A stretch of 64,000 bases of DNA from Octopus sinensis. Taxonomy: Eukaryota. The position numbers and the translations under genes were made by a program. Positions 13,664 to 27,569 of this stretch are shown in pieces. Numbering within the stretch: position 1 is the first letter of the stretch; each line of letters starts with the position of its first letter. The stretch lies in assembly GCF_006345805.1 (NCBI RefSeq), contig NC_042998.1:115568001-115632000 (forward strand), given 5' to 3'. Under the pieces are notes generated by a model, which saw only the letters and a program-made list of their open reading frames with translations, was not told the origin of the DNA and made no database searches.

Positions 13664-14168
13664 ATGAGAAATGAATTAAATTCTACAAAACGTACACTTA
13701 GGAGTGACACGAGGACCTTAATTCTTCCTCAGTAATCGACCCCAAATACTTAAACCCAGTTTCGGGCCTTTAACCATAAAAGTAGGAACTTATACTGGTG
13801 GCACCCGCAAGATTTTCTGGTCAAGTTTTTCTCCTTTCTCACTAATTCTGCTTTTATATCCATTTGAAGATTTCCAGGCGTTAATCCATAATTCTCGTGT
13901 TTGCATGAAAGGCTCTTTTTATTATTATATACGTCTATCGTTTCAAATTACATTTGTTTACTTTCGTACGTCTACCCTGAATTGTTTTGTTTGCTGAAGC
14001 CCTAATTCTACACAAATCTTGCGGTTGCCGCCGATATACGAAGTTCCCAGTCTTAACGTTAAAGGCACGTAACTGGGTATAAGTATTTTTAGTCGATAAC
14101 TGAAGAAGAATTATGGTTCTTGTGTCTGCCCTACCTGCATGTTTTGTAGTATTTAATGCATTTTTCAT
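13664..14168. repeat. Old inverted repeat (~150-bp arms, 13664-13815 / 14014-14168) with decayed hammerhead
   Basis: Arms align in reverse complement at roughly three-quarters identity by eye; flanked by (TA)n. Confidence 0.7.
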
Positions 14169-14189
14169 ATATATATATATATATATCAT

Positions 14190-14470
14190 GAGGTAGTGAT
14201 TTCGATTCCAAGACCATGCTGTGTGTGTGCGTTGTGTGTTATTGAGCAAGACACATTATTTCACATGCCCCAATCCACTCCACTGTAGAAATGAGCTGCA
14301 ACGTCACTGGTGCAAGGGTGTATCGGCCTTTTCCTTGGATAATATCGGTGATGTGGAGTGCGGAGACTGGTATGCATGGGCGACTGCTGGTCTCTATAAA
14401 CCACCTTGTGCCTCGGTAGGTAACTTTCTAGGTGCAATCCTATTTTCATTCACGACCAAAGGGGCTTTTT
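14190..14470 (+). mobile_element. SINE family C, partial
   Basis: TTCGATTCC B-box-like and GTGTTATTGAGCAAGACACATTATTTCAC, similar to 35-355. Confidence 0.55.
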
Positions 14471-14476
14471 ATTCTT

Positions 14477-14520
<44 letters not shown>

Positions 14521-14799
14521 ATTATTCAGTTTATTTCAAGATTTCTTGCCAAACCGGTTTCGAACCTAGATCCAAGGTTCCTTCGTTGGAATTTCAACAT
14601 CAGCAACAGGGTAATTTTGTTTGTTTGTATGTATGTATATATGTTTGTATGTATGTATGTATGTATGTATGTATGTATGTATGTATGTATGTATGTATGT
14701 ATGTATGTATGTATGTATGTATGTATGTATGTATGTATGTATGTATGTATGTATGTATGTATGCATGTATGTATGTTTTATGTATGTATTCTCCTGCAT

Positions 14800-15925
14800 A
14801 TAGTTATATATCTAGACATGCTCATGTATATTTAAATGATAAACTACTGCAAAGTTTTACAGATGTCTACAGTTCCAGTGATGGATTGGATCTGTAGTCT
14901 TCGAATTAGCATTCTCCTTTCTGGTTTTGAGAAGCCTAATTCCTCAAGATTGGCATTTAGGCAGTGTGTTATACATCCTAGGGCCCCAATACTTACCTGA
15001 ACATGTAATCTGGATAGAGTAACTTCAGATTTCTCAATAGTTCAGTGTAGGTATTCTCTTTTTTCACTGACCTTCAGCTTTATGTTAAAATCCGTTGGGC
15101 AGCTAATTTCCACAACTGTTCACAGTTTCTCTTCTCTGTCCCAAATCCTTATATCAGATCTGTTCTGCTTACATTTTATTGAGGTTTTCGCTGGTACATG
15201 CCACCAGTATTCCTTTTTATTATGAGTGGCTATGAGTGGCTTCTACCATATTATGGGGTTTTATTTCTTTGTCCTCGGGATTATCCTTCCAACGGATTTC
15301 ATTAAATCATTATAGAGTGTCCTAGGTACAACGTCACGTCTAATCGGTAGATGATACCGTGATAACATTTTCGGACAACTGCTTATGATGTGTGTGATAT
15401 CTTCAGTGTGAACTCCAGAAAGTCTGCATCGGTTGTTACATTTTACGGCTTTTTCTGCATCTCTATCTCTTTTGTGCATCAGGTACTTGGATGGTATTTC
15501 CTGTTCCTGGATTGCAAACGCGTACCCTCCAAAGTGGGTGGTAGTAATCCGGCTATTCGTCCATAATAAACTGCTTGATGTTACTATCATCAACATATCC
15601 ATGCATAGTCTTCTGCTCATATAGGCTTATCCTTTCATCTGATGAAACGTTGCGGTAGAGTCGTGTGACTTCTTTGGGTAGGTATTCTAGGTTACCAGAC
15701 AAAGAGTGTTGCTCAAGGAGTTGCCTTCCAAATCTTATGATGTTATCAGCCTCATGTATGCAAACTTGGTCAAGGGATGCACTTCGACAGTTGGTGGTTA
15801 AAAGATATTGCTGCAGGGATATGATGTGATTATTCAGAGGCATTTTGGATCGACGTGAAGCCTCTGGCGCCTTGTTTTCGTTTTAGGTAGATGCGGTCTA
15901 CGTCACTGTTTATGTGGAAATTATG
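14800..15925 (-). pseudogene. RLE-type (R4/Dong/NeSL-like) LINE 3' relic
   Basis: DRIYLKRKQG, FAIQEQEIP, zinc knuckle CRL...EDITHIISSC, NRSDIRIWD..VEISCP endonuclease region. Confidence 0.8.
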
Positions 15926-16509
15926 TACGTATGTATTATGTATACGTGTGTATATGTTTATGAATTTAATAATCTACGAATGTTTATGAAAAGTGTTTTG
16001 AATCTGCTTATTCGCGCCCGTGTACAAATCAGAAAAACAATCTATAGACTATAGTAAGACAGAGCTGGTGGGTATGTTAATTGCCGCATTTCCTTTAACT
16101 ATTAAGGAGAGTTCATAAAGAAATCAAATGTTAGAAACCAATTCCATAACAGGCTGCTGCTGCTGCCATAACTGCCGCTTCTGTCACAGCCGATACGTCT
16201 ACCACTGCAGCTCAACTGCCACTCCTGTTCCTATTGTTAAGAGTTTTACTTTTATTAAAGACAAGATGGTGGCGGAAGTTCTCTGACAAGTAGAGTGCTT
16301 TGCTTTTAAACGACTGTTTGATTATCTAAAATGGCCGCTACTTCAGAAAAACGTCCGACTTACTTTACTTTATTTTCTTTATGTAATTTATTATTTTATT
16401 TGTTATTTTGGTCTATTACTTACTTTATACACATTTATGTATATATTAATGTATGTATTTATATATGTGTCTGCGTGTGTGAGTGTGTGCGCATGCCCTT
16501 CTTCCTAGA

Positions 16510-16552
<43 letters not shown>

Positions 16553-16591
16553 ATATGCATGTATGTATACACACACACTCACACACACACA

Positions 16592-16639
<48 letters not shown>

Positions 16640-16659
16640 GATAGATAGATAATACATAC

Positions 16660-16742
<83 letters not shown>

Positions 16743-17340
16743 TGCGTATATGCGTGTGCGTGTATGTAAATATTTGTATATACGTGTATTGGTTTTTGTA
16801 ATATGCTTGAAGTGTGGTCGACTCGGGCAGACGATATTCGTACGAACTAATGAGATTTTTTCGACATTACAGTAATTGGTCACATCAAGAATGGTATGGG
16901 GATATTCTATGGTTGTAGTTGTTTCGGTGGAGGGGATTGTGTTAGGATAAGGGTGGTATTTAGAGCGGTGATGTTGCTTATGGTGGTAGTTTTGACAGTG
17001 GTCAAAGGGTAGGTAATGCTTGTTATGGTGGAAAGTGGTGGCGGTGTTGATGTTTTTGTACGTGTTAATGGTGGTACCGATGGTAGTATTGGTCTCTGTG
17101 GTTGTGATGGTTGTGGTGGAGATGATGGTGATTGTGGTAGTTGTTGTGTTTTTGGTGGAAGTGATACATTCAGGGGTGTGATGCCGGTGATTGTGGCATT
17201 CCTGATTATGGAGGTGTAGGAAATATTGTAATCAAAATTTGAAAGACAGAGTGTGAAATAGTGTTGTGAATAATATTTAGTTATATTTATGAAGGGCAGG
17301 AAGAGAGAAAGAGAGAGAGAGAGAGTGAGAGAGAGAGAGT

Positions 17341-17376
<36 letters not shown>

Positions 17377-17774
17377 GAGTGAGGGATGGAAAGAGGGAGA
17401 GAGACGAAGAAGTAAAGATTAAGTGTATTTCTGTGTGTAACTCTTTGTGTGTGTATGCGTGCGCGCGCATGAAGATAGTGTGGATATTTAGATATTAAAC
17501 GTATGTTCTCGTTTCAGTCTCACAGTGTGTTATGTGTATATTTGTATGTAAGAAGATATAAAAGATAAGCTATGATCTGAGGGAATTGGGTTACAATTCA
17601 CATCAGACAAACGGTGGCGATGGTAGTGGTAATGGTGGTGGTGGCGGGGTCCCAAAGACAAACATCCATTTCCGATAATTTGTAGAAAATAAGGATGTAA
17701 ATTTTAAAGTAGAATTGAAGTAATTATCATGATCACCCTAAACGCCATCAACAACAGCTCCAACAATATCGATT

Positions 17775-17983
17775 TCAAATTTTGGTACAAGGCCAGCAAT
17801 TTGAGGGAAGGGGATAAGTCGATTACATCGACTCCAGTGTCCAGCTAATGCTTATTTTATCGACCCGAAAGGAGAAAAGGTAAAGTCGACCTTAGCGGAA
17901 TTTGTTCTCATAACGTAAAGACGGGGGAAATAACGCCAAACATTTTGCCCGGCATGCTAACGATTCTGCCAGCTCGCCGCCTT
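17775..17983 (-). mobile_element. SINE family B
   Basis: Match to other family B copies. Confidence 0.8.
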
Positions 17984-18920
17984 AATTGCTACAACAATAT
18001 CAACACCATCACTGCTACCCAACAACTACTGCTACTACTACCACCGCAACAACCATCATCCCAATCACAGTCACAACCATAACCATATTTACCACTACCA
18101 CCACACAACAACATTACCGTATTTACCATCAACAATAACAGCCATATTGGATAACAACTGCATAACCAATATCACCATAACATGCTTGGTCAACACCAAC
18201 ATCAATATAATCAAAGTCACTATCGACTTAACCGACACTAACACCATCCCACCGTGCTGCAATAATACTGTCGTAGAATCTATTATAATCAATGCTATAA
18301 CGACACGATCCAGATAATACCACAATTACCAACAAAAATAACTGATCACCTTTTTAGATCATCTTGAAATAATAGCTACATCAACCTTATTTTGAAACCT
18401 AAAGTTTTGTAAAATAGGAAAGTCATGATTCATAACATTGTGCAAGATTTGCCATGACCCACATAAAGACTTAATCGACAAAGCTGGAACATTTACGACA
18501 ATATGTCTGATGAATCAGGTGTCACAGACGATAAACAAAAGCAACAATTATAATTATTGTAACTAAACATAAATTAACACATCATATCATAACGTCATGC
18601 TTTAAGGGCACTTTATTGGCAACTGATATTTGGTGTTATTTGTTCCTGCTCTTTACGTTCCGAGTACGGATCTTGTCGCTATCAAATTTACCTTTCATCT
18701 TTCAATGACCAATAATAGAAAAGAATTGAGTACTGGGTCGATATGATCGAATCTTTTTAAAATTTTTTTTCCGTAAATTTGAAATCTTGTTTCTGTGTAA
18801 GAAATTTTAATGTTACAATCAATTTAATTTTATGATATAACAAATATATTATATTGCATTTAATTTCTTTTGCTATTGCGCTTTATAAATTTATGCAAAT
18901 ATACATATATATATTATATA

Positions 18921-18969
<49 letters not shown>

Positions 18970-19022
18970 TGTATATATATATATATATATATAATACATA
19001 TATGTCTATTTTCTCTCTCTCG

Positions 19023-19083
<61 letters not shown>

Positions 19084-19159
19084 ATATACATAAATATATG
19101 TATATATATATAATATATATTATACATACATATATGTATATATACATATACATTACATA

Positions 19160-19263
<104 letters not shown>

Positions 19264-19956
19264 GTTACATATCTTTTAATTTGCGTTTATCATAACATTT
19301 AGACTTTACTTTTTAACGTTTTATCGTTATATGTATTACTATTCTAGTGTTTTTATGAAATATTTTATTATGTTATTTGTTGATATTCTCCTTCATCTTT
19401 TCAAATTCAGTTTTCTTCGTAAACAAATCTGTTTCAGGTAATAAAAAAACATGAAAAATACTCCATTTTCTCAATTTATTGCAAATTTCCATTTAGACTT
19501 TTTCATTTTATTATGGGGCAATGAATGAAATTTTTATTTGAAAATCAAAGAATAAAAAAAAAAGACGTACACGCGCACGCGCACACACATACGAACACAC
19601 ACATGCGTTTATTGTCACGAACATACAAACATATACAGTTAAAAGTAAATTTTTAAAAGATTTCTAAAACTTACACTAATAGCGCAAACACAGACATGCA
19701 GAAACTATATATGCACAAACACACATACACGAAAGCATAAATATATATGAAAAGTCACGCATACACACACTTATAAATATCAACACAAAAAATAACACCC
19801 TTATATGTACACGTATACACAGACATAATTTCTTAGACATACGTACACATATGTAATCAAACGCATATCATACGCTTATGCATGTGTGTATGTATGCATG
19901 TATGCATGCATGTATGCATGTATGTACATATGTATGTATATATGTATGTATATATG

Positions 19957-20016
<60 letters not shown>

Positions 20017-20160
20017 GCAAATATACGTGTATGTATGTACATATGTTTGGATGCATGTATTTGTTTATACAAACACAAATATATATATATATATGTATGT
20101 GTGTGCGTGCGTGTGTAGGTCTCAAGCTCGCTGTCTATTGTCTGTTTGTCTGTCTCTGTA

Positions 20161-20217
<57 letters not shown>

Positions 20218-20265
20218 GAGTGTCTATGTGTACGTATATATGTATACATACCTGTTTATGTGTGT

Positions 20266-20316
<51 letters not shown>

Positions 20317-21049
20317 CACATATATATATGTATGAATACATACATACATCTTACTGCATATATACATTATGCATACATACATATATACATACATGCATTC
20401 ATATGTGTGAGGAAGCGTTTGCGTATATAATTGAGTGTCATTTCATATACGAGTGCGTGAGTGAGTGTGTGCGGGTGGATGTGCATGCATATCCACTGTG
20501 CGCGTATGTGCATACGTGTGCGCGTGTATCTTTGTATATATCTGTATTTGAGTGACTATGTACCTTCTTAAGATATTATTATTTCATCAATACACACGCA
20601 CGCACATCCACCCTACTCACCTAACAATTGGGATCCACGCCGCCGCTCAAAATAAAGAATAGAGGAGAGATAGAAATAAACACTTAATCTTTTAGCATTA
20701 TTAAATTGCCCTATTTTTTTCTCATCTTTACAGTAAAAAGCAGAAGAAGAAAAACGAGGAGAGAGGGTAGGAGGAAGAGGAGGTGGAAGAGAATAATTGT
20801 GCATCATTGTTGATGTTGTTGTTTGTTGTAGTTGCTGTTGCATTTAAAGGACGTTCTTTATTTCAATCATTTAATTGATAAACACTCTGAAAAGCTTGAA
20901 AATAATACGTGACTCGTTGTTTATATATATATATACATATACATATGTGTGCGCGCACCTGTGTATTTGTGTGTGTGTGCGCGTGTGTGAATGTACGTCT
21001 GTGTATTGTGTGTATCTCTATACACTGACAAACACACACACACACACTG

Positions 21050-21185
21050 ACGTGTCTGTGTAGTAAGAAGTTTGCTTCTCAACCACATGATTCAATAGTC
21101 AGTACCACTGAATTATAGCTTTGTGCCACCCAATGTCTTCAGTGTGGATTTTGTCGACTGAAACTGAAGAAAAGATCCGTCGTAT
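21050..21185 (+). mobile_element. SINE family A 5' half running into (TA)n
   Basis: CTGTGTAGTAAGAAGTTTGCTTCTCAACCACATG...GAAACTGAAGAAAAGATCCGTCGTATA. Confidence 0.7.
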
Positions 21186-21249
21186 ATATATATATGTATA
21201 TATATATATATGTATATACATATATGTATGTATATATATATATGTATAT

Positions 21250-21428
21250 ATTTCTCTCCTTGTTATTGTCTCTCCTTGTTTTTTCTGTGTATCTTTCTGT
21301 CGAAGAGCGTAGGCTCGAAATGTAAAAGACTTTTTCTATTTCTATTCCTGAGCGCTATACTAATACATTTGTTTGTTTGTACTCCACCTGCCTTCGTCTT
21401 TCGTTTGTTTTCGTAAACCTTCACGTTA
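21250..21428 (+). mobile_element. Short element with variant minimal hammerhead motif, inside (TA)n
   Basis: tcttt CTGTCGA agagc gtag gctc GAAAT GTA aaaga (21292-21329); homologous to 1050-1217. Confidence 0.6.
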
Positions 21429-21488
21429 TATATGTGTATATATATGTATATATATATGTGTGTGTGTGTGTGGTGTGTGTGTGTGTAT

Positions 21489-21557
<69 letters not shown>

Positions 21558-21559
<2 letters not shown>

Positions 21560-21720
21560 AAGGGCTTCTTTCAGTTTCCGTCTACCAAATCCATTTACAA
21601 GGCTTCGGCCGGCCCGAGGCTATAGCTGGAGACACTTACTCCTTACTCAAGGTGTCACTCTGTGGAACAGAACCCGGAAGCATGTGGTTGGGAAGCAAGC
21701 ATCTTTCCACACAGCCACAT
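21558..21720 (-). mobile_element. SINE family A 5' half
   Basis: Reverse complement match to family A head and core. Confidence 0.75.
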
Positions 21721-21825
21721 ATATATAATATATAAATATTATGCGTGTGTGTGTATGTGCGTGTGTGTGTGAATGTGTGTGTGTTTGTGTGCGTTTATGA
21801 ATGTGTGTGTGTAAGTGCTTGTATC

Positions 21826-22262
21826 TGCGCAAGAAGTTTGCTTCGAAACCACGTGGTTCCGAATTTAGTCCAACTGCGTAGCACCTTGTTCTACTACTAC
21901 ATATTCTACCACTAAAGCCACGGGCCGACCAGGTGATATATATTTTACCGATTATATTTTACTTGTTTCAGTCATTGGACTGAGGCTAGGCTGGGGCACT
22001 GCCATGAAAAATTTCAATCGAACGAATAAACCACAATACGTATTTTAAAAACACAACGCTAAATTATGAGGACGTAAACACACTAACACCAGTTGTCTAG
22101 CGGTGGTGGTTGACAAACAAAGACACACATAGACTCATACATATGATAGGCTACTAACAAGGCTTTGGTCAGGCCGAGGCTACATTAGAGACCATGTGCC
22201 CAAGATGCCAAACACTGGAACTGAACCCCAAAACAATGTGGCTGGGAAACAAATTCCTTGTG

Positions 22263-22326
<64 letters not shown>

Positions 22327-22530
22327 TTTGGTGCTTGTGTTTGTCCCACATCACAATCACTTGGCAACCGGTGTTGGTTTGTTTAACCGAGCTTTTCGGC
22401 AAAAGGGATCGATGAAATAAGTACAAGGCTTCAAAAGTTAAGTACTGGGCTCGATTTACTCGACTAAACCTTTTAAGGCGTTGCCCCTACATGGTCACAG
22501 TGCAACAACTGAAACAAAAGAGTAAAGAAT
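21826..22530. mobile_element. Cluster of SINE family A fragments in both orientations
   Basis: Head (+) 21826-21935, copy (-) about 21955-22255, tail (+) about 22330-22530. Confidence 0.7.
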
Positions 22531-22710
22531 ATATATATATACATATCTTGTAAAGGCGATTTAGCTTCTTTCATTTTCCCTTATATACATACTATACATA
22601 CATACATACATACATACATACATACATACATACATACATACATGCATACATATATACATACATATATACATACATACACACACACACAAATATATGTATA
22701 TATATATATT

Positions 22711-23553
22711 GAAAGCTATAATGGATAAACGTTCTAATCGGTCAAAACAGCATTATATCATTCCCAAAAGATAAATCAAATATAAATATATATTAAAATA
22801 ATAGTGCACCCAATGGTAAAACCCGACAGTATAAAATATGCACACATACACGAATAAGAGGTGATAAAACCTAAAAGGGTAATATGAGTGAAGTTGAATG
22901 AAGAAAAATATATGGAATAAATTAATGCATATTAAAGGCGACTACAAATTTAATGGCTCTGAAATATAAATATAAATATATCAAAATAAAACAATGTAAA
23001 TATAAAAAATAAGATGTATGGTAACCAAAACAGAGTCCATTCAAGCCCATCTAAACGATCGTTTCAAAGGACGTTGCTTCAATAGATGCAATGTAATAAC
23101 CAGAAATGTGAAGCCTTTGAAAGTTTTCTCCTGATGAAAAGGTGTTGCCGTTGGATTTCCTCAATGGATTTTACATTAACGCTGTTAAGCAGCATCCTTT
23201 GAAACGATCGTACAGTTGGGCTTGAATGGATTCTTTTCTGGTTATCTTACACTTTATTTTTTATATTTATACTCTTGGGTATTTATATATTTATATCTAT
23301 ATTATTTTAGCTCCATTGCTTGAAATTTTTAGTCGCCTTTATTATGCATTAATTTATTCCATATATTTTTCTTCATTCAACTTCACTCATATTACTCTTT
23401 TAGGTTTTATCACCTTTTATTCGTGTATAAATGCATATTTTATACTGTTGGGTGCCCTGTAGCTTTAATACATATTTATATTCGATTTTTGATAATTTGT
23501 GAATGATATAAAACTGTTTTGATTGATTCGAGTGTTTATTCATTATACCTTTC
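22711..23553. repeat. Large imperfect inverted repeat (~390-bp arms, ~60-bp loop) with hammerhead at the turn
   Basis: 22711-23102 is the reverse complement of 23165-23553, e.g. aatatgagtgaagttgaatgaagaaaaatatatggaataaattaatgcata versus its exact reverse complement. Confidence 0.92.
23128..23215 (+). ncRNA. Type-I hammerhead with intact core and branched 63-nt stem II
   Basis: CTGATGA (23131-37) aaaggtgttgc...gcagcatccttt GAAAC GATC GTA; palindromic stem III ACGATCGT; stem I weak (ctc/cag). Confidence 0.7.
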
Positions 23554-23773
23554 GCCTCGGTGTCACCTCAGCACTTCCAGCTGCGGTCCTACTTTTACTT
23601 TTGTTCTTGTGTTTAATGAAATTGCGTTACGGTTTATAAAATTATAAGTTATAGGATAATCCTCTTAAACACACACACACACCACACACACACACACACA
23701 CACACGTCCTTATATTTTTGAGCAAGGGAGTTCAATGTCTCAACTCAGCTCTAAAGCAATATCTTTGTACAAA

Positions 23774-23912
23774 TTTCAAATTCCGCCGAGGTCGACTTTG
23801 CCTTTCATCCTTTCGGGGTCGATAAATTAACTATCAGTTGTGTACTGGGGTCGATCTAATCCACCGGCCCCTTCCTCCACAATTTTCGGCCTTGTGCCTA
23901 GAGTAAAAACGA
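23774..23912 (+). mobile_element. SINE family B, 5'-truncated
   Basis: TTCAAATTCCGCCGAGGTCGACTTTGCCTTTCATCCTTTCGGGGTCGATAAA. Confidence 0.8.
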
Positions 23913-23996
23913 ATATCTGAGTGCAAATTGTATCTGGGTTATTCCCCTTCATCAGCACTGAATAACTGCTCGGCTAGAAATAATGACACCAAACTC

Positions 23997-24029
<33 letters not shown>

Positions 24030-24064
24030 CATACATACATACATACACATACATACATACATAC

Positions 24065-24102
<38 letters not shown>

Positions 24103-25673
24103 ATACATATATATATACACATACATATATACATATATGTATGTATACATATGTATATTCAAGTATATATATGTATATATATATGTACATACTTATATAT
24201 ATTTATGTATGTATGTATGTATGTGTGTTTATAAAGAGAGAGAGAGCGATAAAGAAAGATGGCTTGATAGGCATACATACAGACAGCAGACAGACAAACA
24301 GACAGATGGATAGCTATTCATCTGAAACTTGGAAAAGTATCAATTTACGGCATTAGATTAACAACAGGCAATACGCAACTGCATATTAACCTCATTATCA
24401 TGATCCGTTTTTGTATTCCAATGCATTCCAGTGCATTCTGTTATGTGCTTTGCTTTCTTTTTCTTTCCGATGTCTTCTCTATCGCTCTCAGTTATTTTCA
24501 GCCATTATTCGCCAGGAGATCAGCGATTGTCTTTTACTCTTCATTTGTTTGCTTTCCGAAACATCCCTCTAGTCTTTTTCAGGCATAGTATACCCAGCTC
24601 ATTTTACAGTTCCCTTTTGTTGACTGATGGGTTCCTACGTGGCTTGGGCTCTTAAAGACTTGGTTGCTCACATTTTGTAGATTTTACTCAGCTCTGAGTG
24701 CATTGTTTCTATTTAGCGGGAGATGAAAGTTTATAAAGTTGATCACATAATTCCTGTCAGTCAATAATTAATATCACACGCATACATAACACACACACAT
24801 ACACACACACATACATACACACACTCACACACATACTCACATGTATGTTTGTATGTATATGCATGCATATATATATACATACATACATATATACATACAT
24901 ATATATATATGCATATATGTATATACGAACATGTGTGTGCGTATAAATGCATTTACATATGTATGCCTATAAGAGCGCGTGTGTATGTGCAAGTGTACAC
25001 ATACACACACTCAGAAACACTCGCACACCCACAACGATAGCTCAACTTAGATGTATGGAAATTATACCCTTTCATTGCCATCTCTATTCTCATTACTTCT
25101 CGTTATGTATCATTCTTTCATATAATTGTTATACTTGTTATACCTGCAGAAATGTTAAGAGATGTATCTACACTTGAAATGGAATATTGAAATTGTGGCG
25201 GTGTGCAGATGGCCCATCCATGAAACTTAAGTAGCATGTGCGATATCTTAAGTACGATATAAAAATCACGTCTAATTCTGCCAGAGGTATTGTGTTCTAT
25301 CTACTTGTTCAGTATTCATCTTGTAACAGGTAAATATCTGTGCGTATTTATATAAGTTCGTATTGTCTACCCCCCAGTGTCTCTAGCTATGTACCTGTGA
25401 TTTTATGTATTTGTATATATGTATGAGCGTATGTGTGTATTTTTCTTTTTTAGCAGGATTTCTGGTTAGGAAGTCATTCATATTTGTGGTTGCCTGTTGT
25501 GTTATTCTTGCAGTCGTAGTCGTAGTTCTTCAGCTATGATAAAATTAGTGATGCTGTTTAGCTTCCATAATGTTCCTTCGTTGCCAAATTGATTTCATTA
25601 TATTTCAAACTATTTTCCTTTTTGTCTAATTTTTATGCTTGTATTGAATGGTGTCTATTTAAATTTTTTTAGC

Positions 25674-25739
<66 letters not shown>

Positions 25740-25893
25740 TATTATTATTATATCATTATTATTATCGAAATGCACAAACATTAACAGATGTAATTCTCTG
25801 CAAATTTACGCTAATAGATTATCTTTACTAAAATAAACTTCAATCTATTAATTTATATTCTTGTTGTTTATTGTAACAATAATAATAATAATG

Positions 25894-25926
<33 letters not shown>

Positions 25927-25947
25927 GTAATAATAATAATAATAATG

Positions 25948-25986
<39 letters not shown>

Positions 25987-27503
25987 TAATAATAATAATA
26001 ATCTTTTTTTATTAGTAGTACTATCATCATTATCGTCATCATCATCATCACTATTATTATTATTATTATTATTATTATCATTATCATTGTATGTTGTGAT
26101 GCTTATTAGTTTTGCGATTGTTTTTTTTTGTTTTCTTATTATATGTAGTATGGTATCTATTGTTGTTATTATTCTTTCTTCTATTTTCACTATCTCTTTC
26201 TATCAGTCTCTCTCCCTTCTCCCCTTCTCTCCTTCCCTCTTTCTTTCTTTCTTTCTTTCTCTGTCTGTCTCTCTTTTCTCTCTCTCTCTCTCTCTTCCTC
26301 TCCCTCACTCACGCATATTCAAGCACGTATGCACACAGACACACATCTTTCTCTTAATAGGTCTCATGCCCTCCCATTCTGCATCAAAACTTCTTTATTT
26401 ATTCATTCATTCATTTATTTATTCATCCATTGCTCTTTATCAATATTTATAAATTTGTTAGCCAACTTCGCCGAAACAACGCAACCGGAAGCTGAGCCAT
26501 CAGCGATATTGCTTCCGTTTTTCTCAAATCGTCTCCTCCCATGCCTTCGCTACAGCGCTCTTCACGTCTTTGCCAACCTATCCTCCACCATTTCCGATGA
26601 CTGAAACCCCATCTGCCACCAACCACAACCAATACCCTACAACCAGCTAACTCTACCACATCATCTTCTACACCCACGCACAAAATATTCTGCATCTTTT
26701 CGTTTGCCAATAACATCTATGCCCACGAAGTCTGTAGATCTCTACGGCACCGAAGCCCCACATTGTTGTTCTGTCCGTTATTCATGGTGTTACTACTGTC
26801 GATTTTGTTGTTATTACTGTTGCTTCCTGTTAGTATCGTTGTTGATGTTGATGATGTTAGTGATTATATTTCTCTTTCTGTTTTTACTCTTAGCGTCGGC
26901 TCTTATTGCTCTGAATACCGTCATAGTGAATTATAGTTATTGTTGATGCTGTTGTTGTTGTAGATGCCGTTTCTGTCCATATTATTATTTTTATGTGATT
27001 ATCATTGAAGTTGTTGTTGATGCTGCTGTTGTTGATGGCAACAATGCTGATACTGATGTTGATTCTGATCATGATGATCATGATAATAAAATAGTGAGTA
27101 TAATGACGATAATGATAATAATGAGGTTGATGCTACATTGAGCAAACTAAAGATGATGATGATGTTGGTGGTCGGATCGTGTTGGTGGTGGCGGTGACGA
27201 AGGTGGTGATAATTACGATGACTGGTAAATAGATGATGATGAAAAGGAGAAGAGTGATGACTATAGCGTTACTGACACACATGATGAAGATCGTGATGAT
27301 ATTTGCAATGGCGGTGCCATGGTGATGATGCTGAATATTTAAAATTACAAACAGTATGAAGTGGAAGGTGAAGATGATGGTGCTTATGATGATGATGATG
27401 ATGAGTATGGTGATGTTAATGATGGTGGTAGTATGGAGGTGGGCGGGCTTTTGGCGGCGGTGCTGCTGTCGTCTTGACGATGCTACTATTTTTGCAACTG
27501 ATG

Positions 27504-27569
<66 letters not shown>

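Noticed and set aside
14547-14592. Stem II + GAAAC CG GTT hammerhead half (minus strand)
   Set aside because: 5' core unrecognisable; possibly a decayed HHR but not supportable
15638-15650. CTGATGAAACG
   Set aside because: Chance match inside LINE coding relic; no stem II
16907-17470. 187-aa Pro/Thr/Ser-rich mucin-like ORF
   Set aside because: Degenerate (GGT/GAT)n and (GA)n low-complexity sequence
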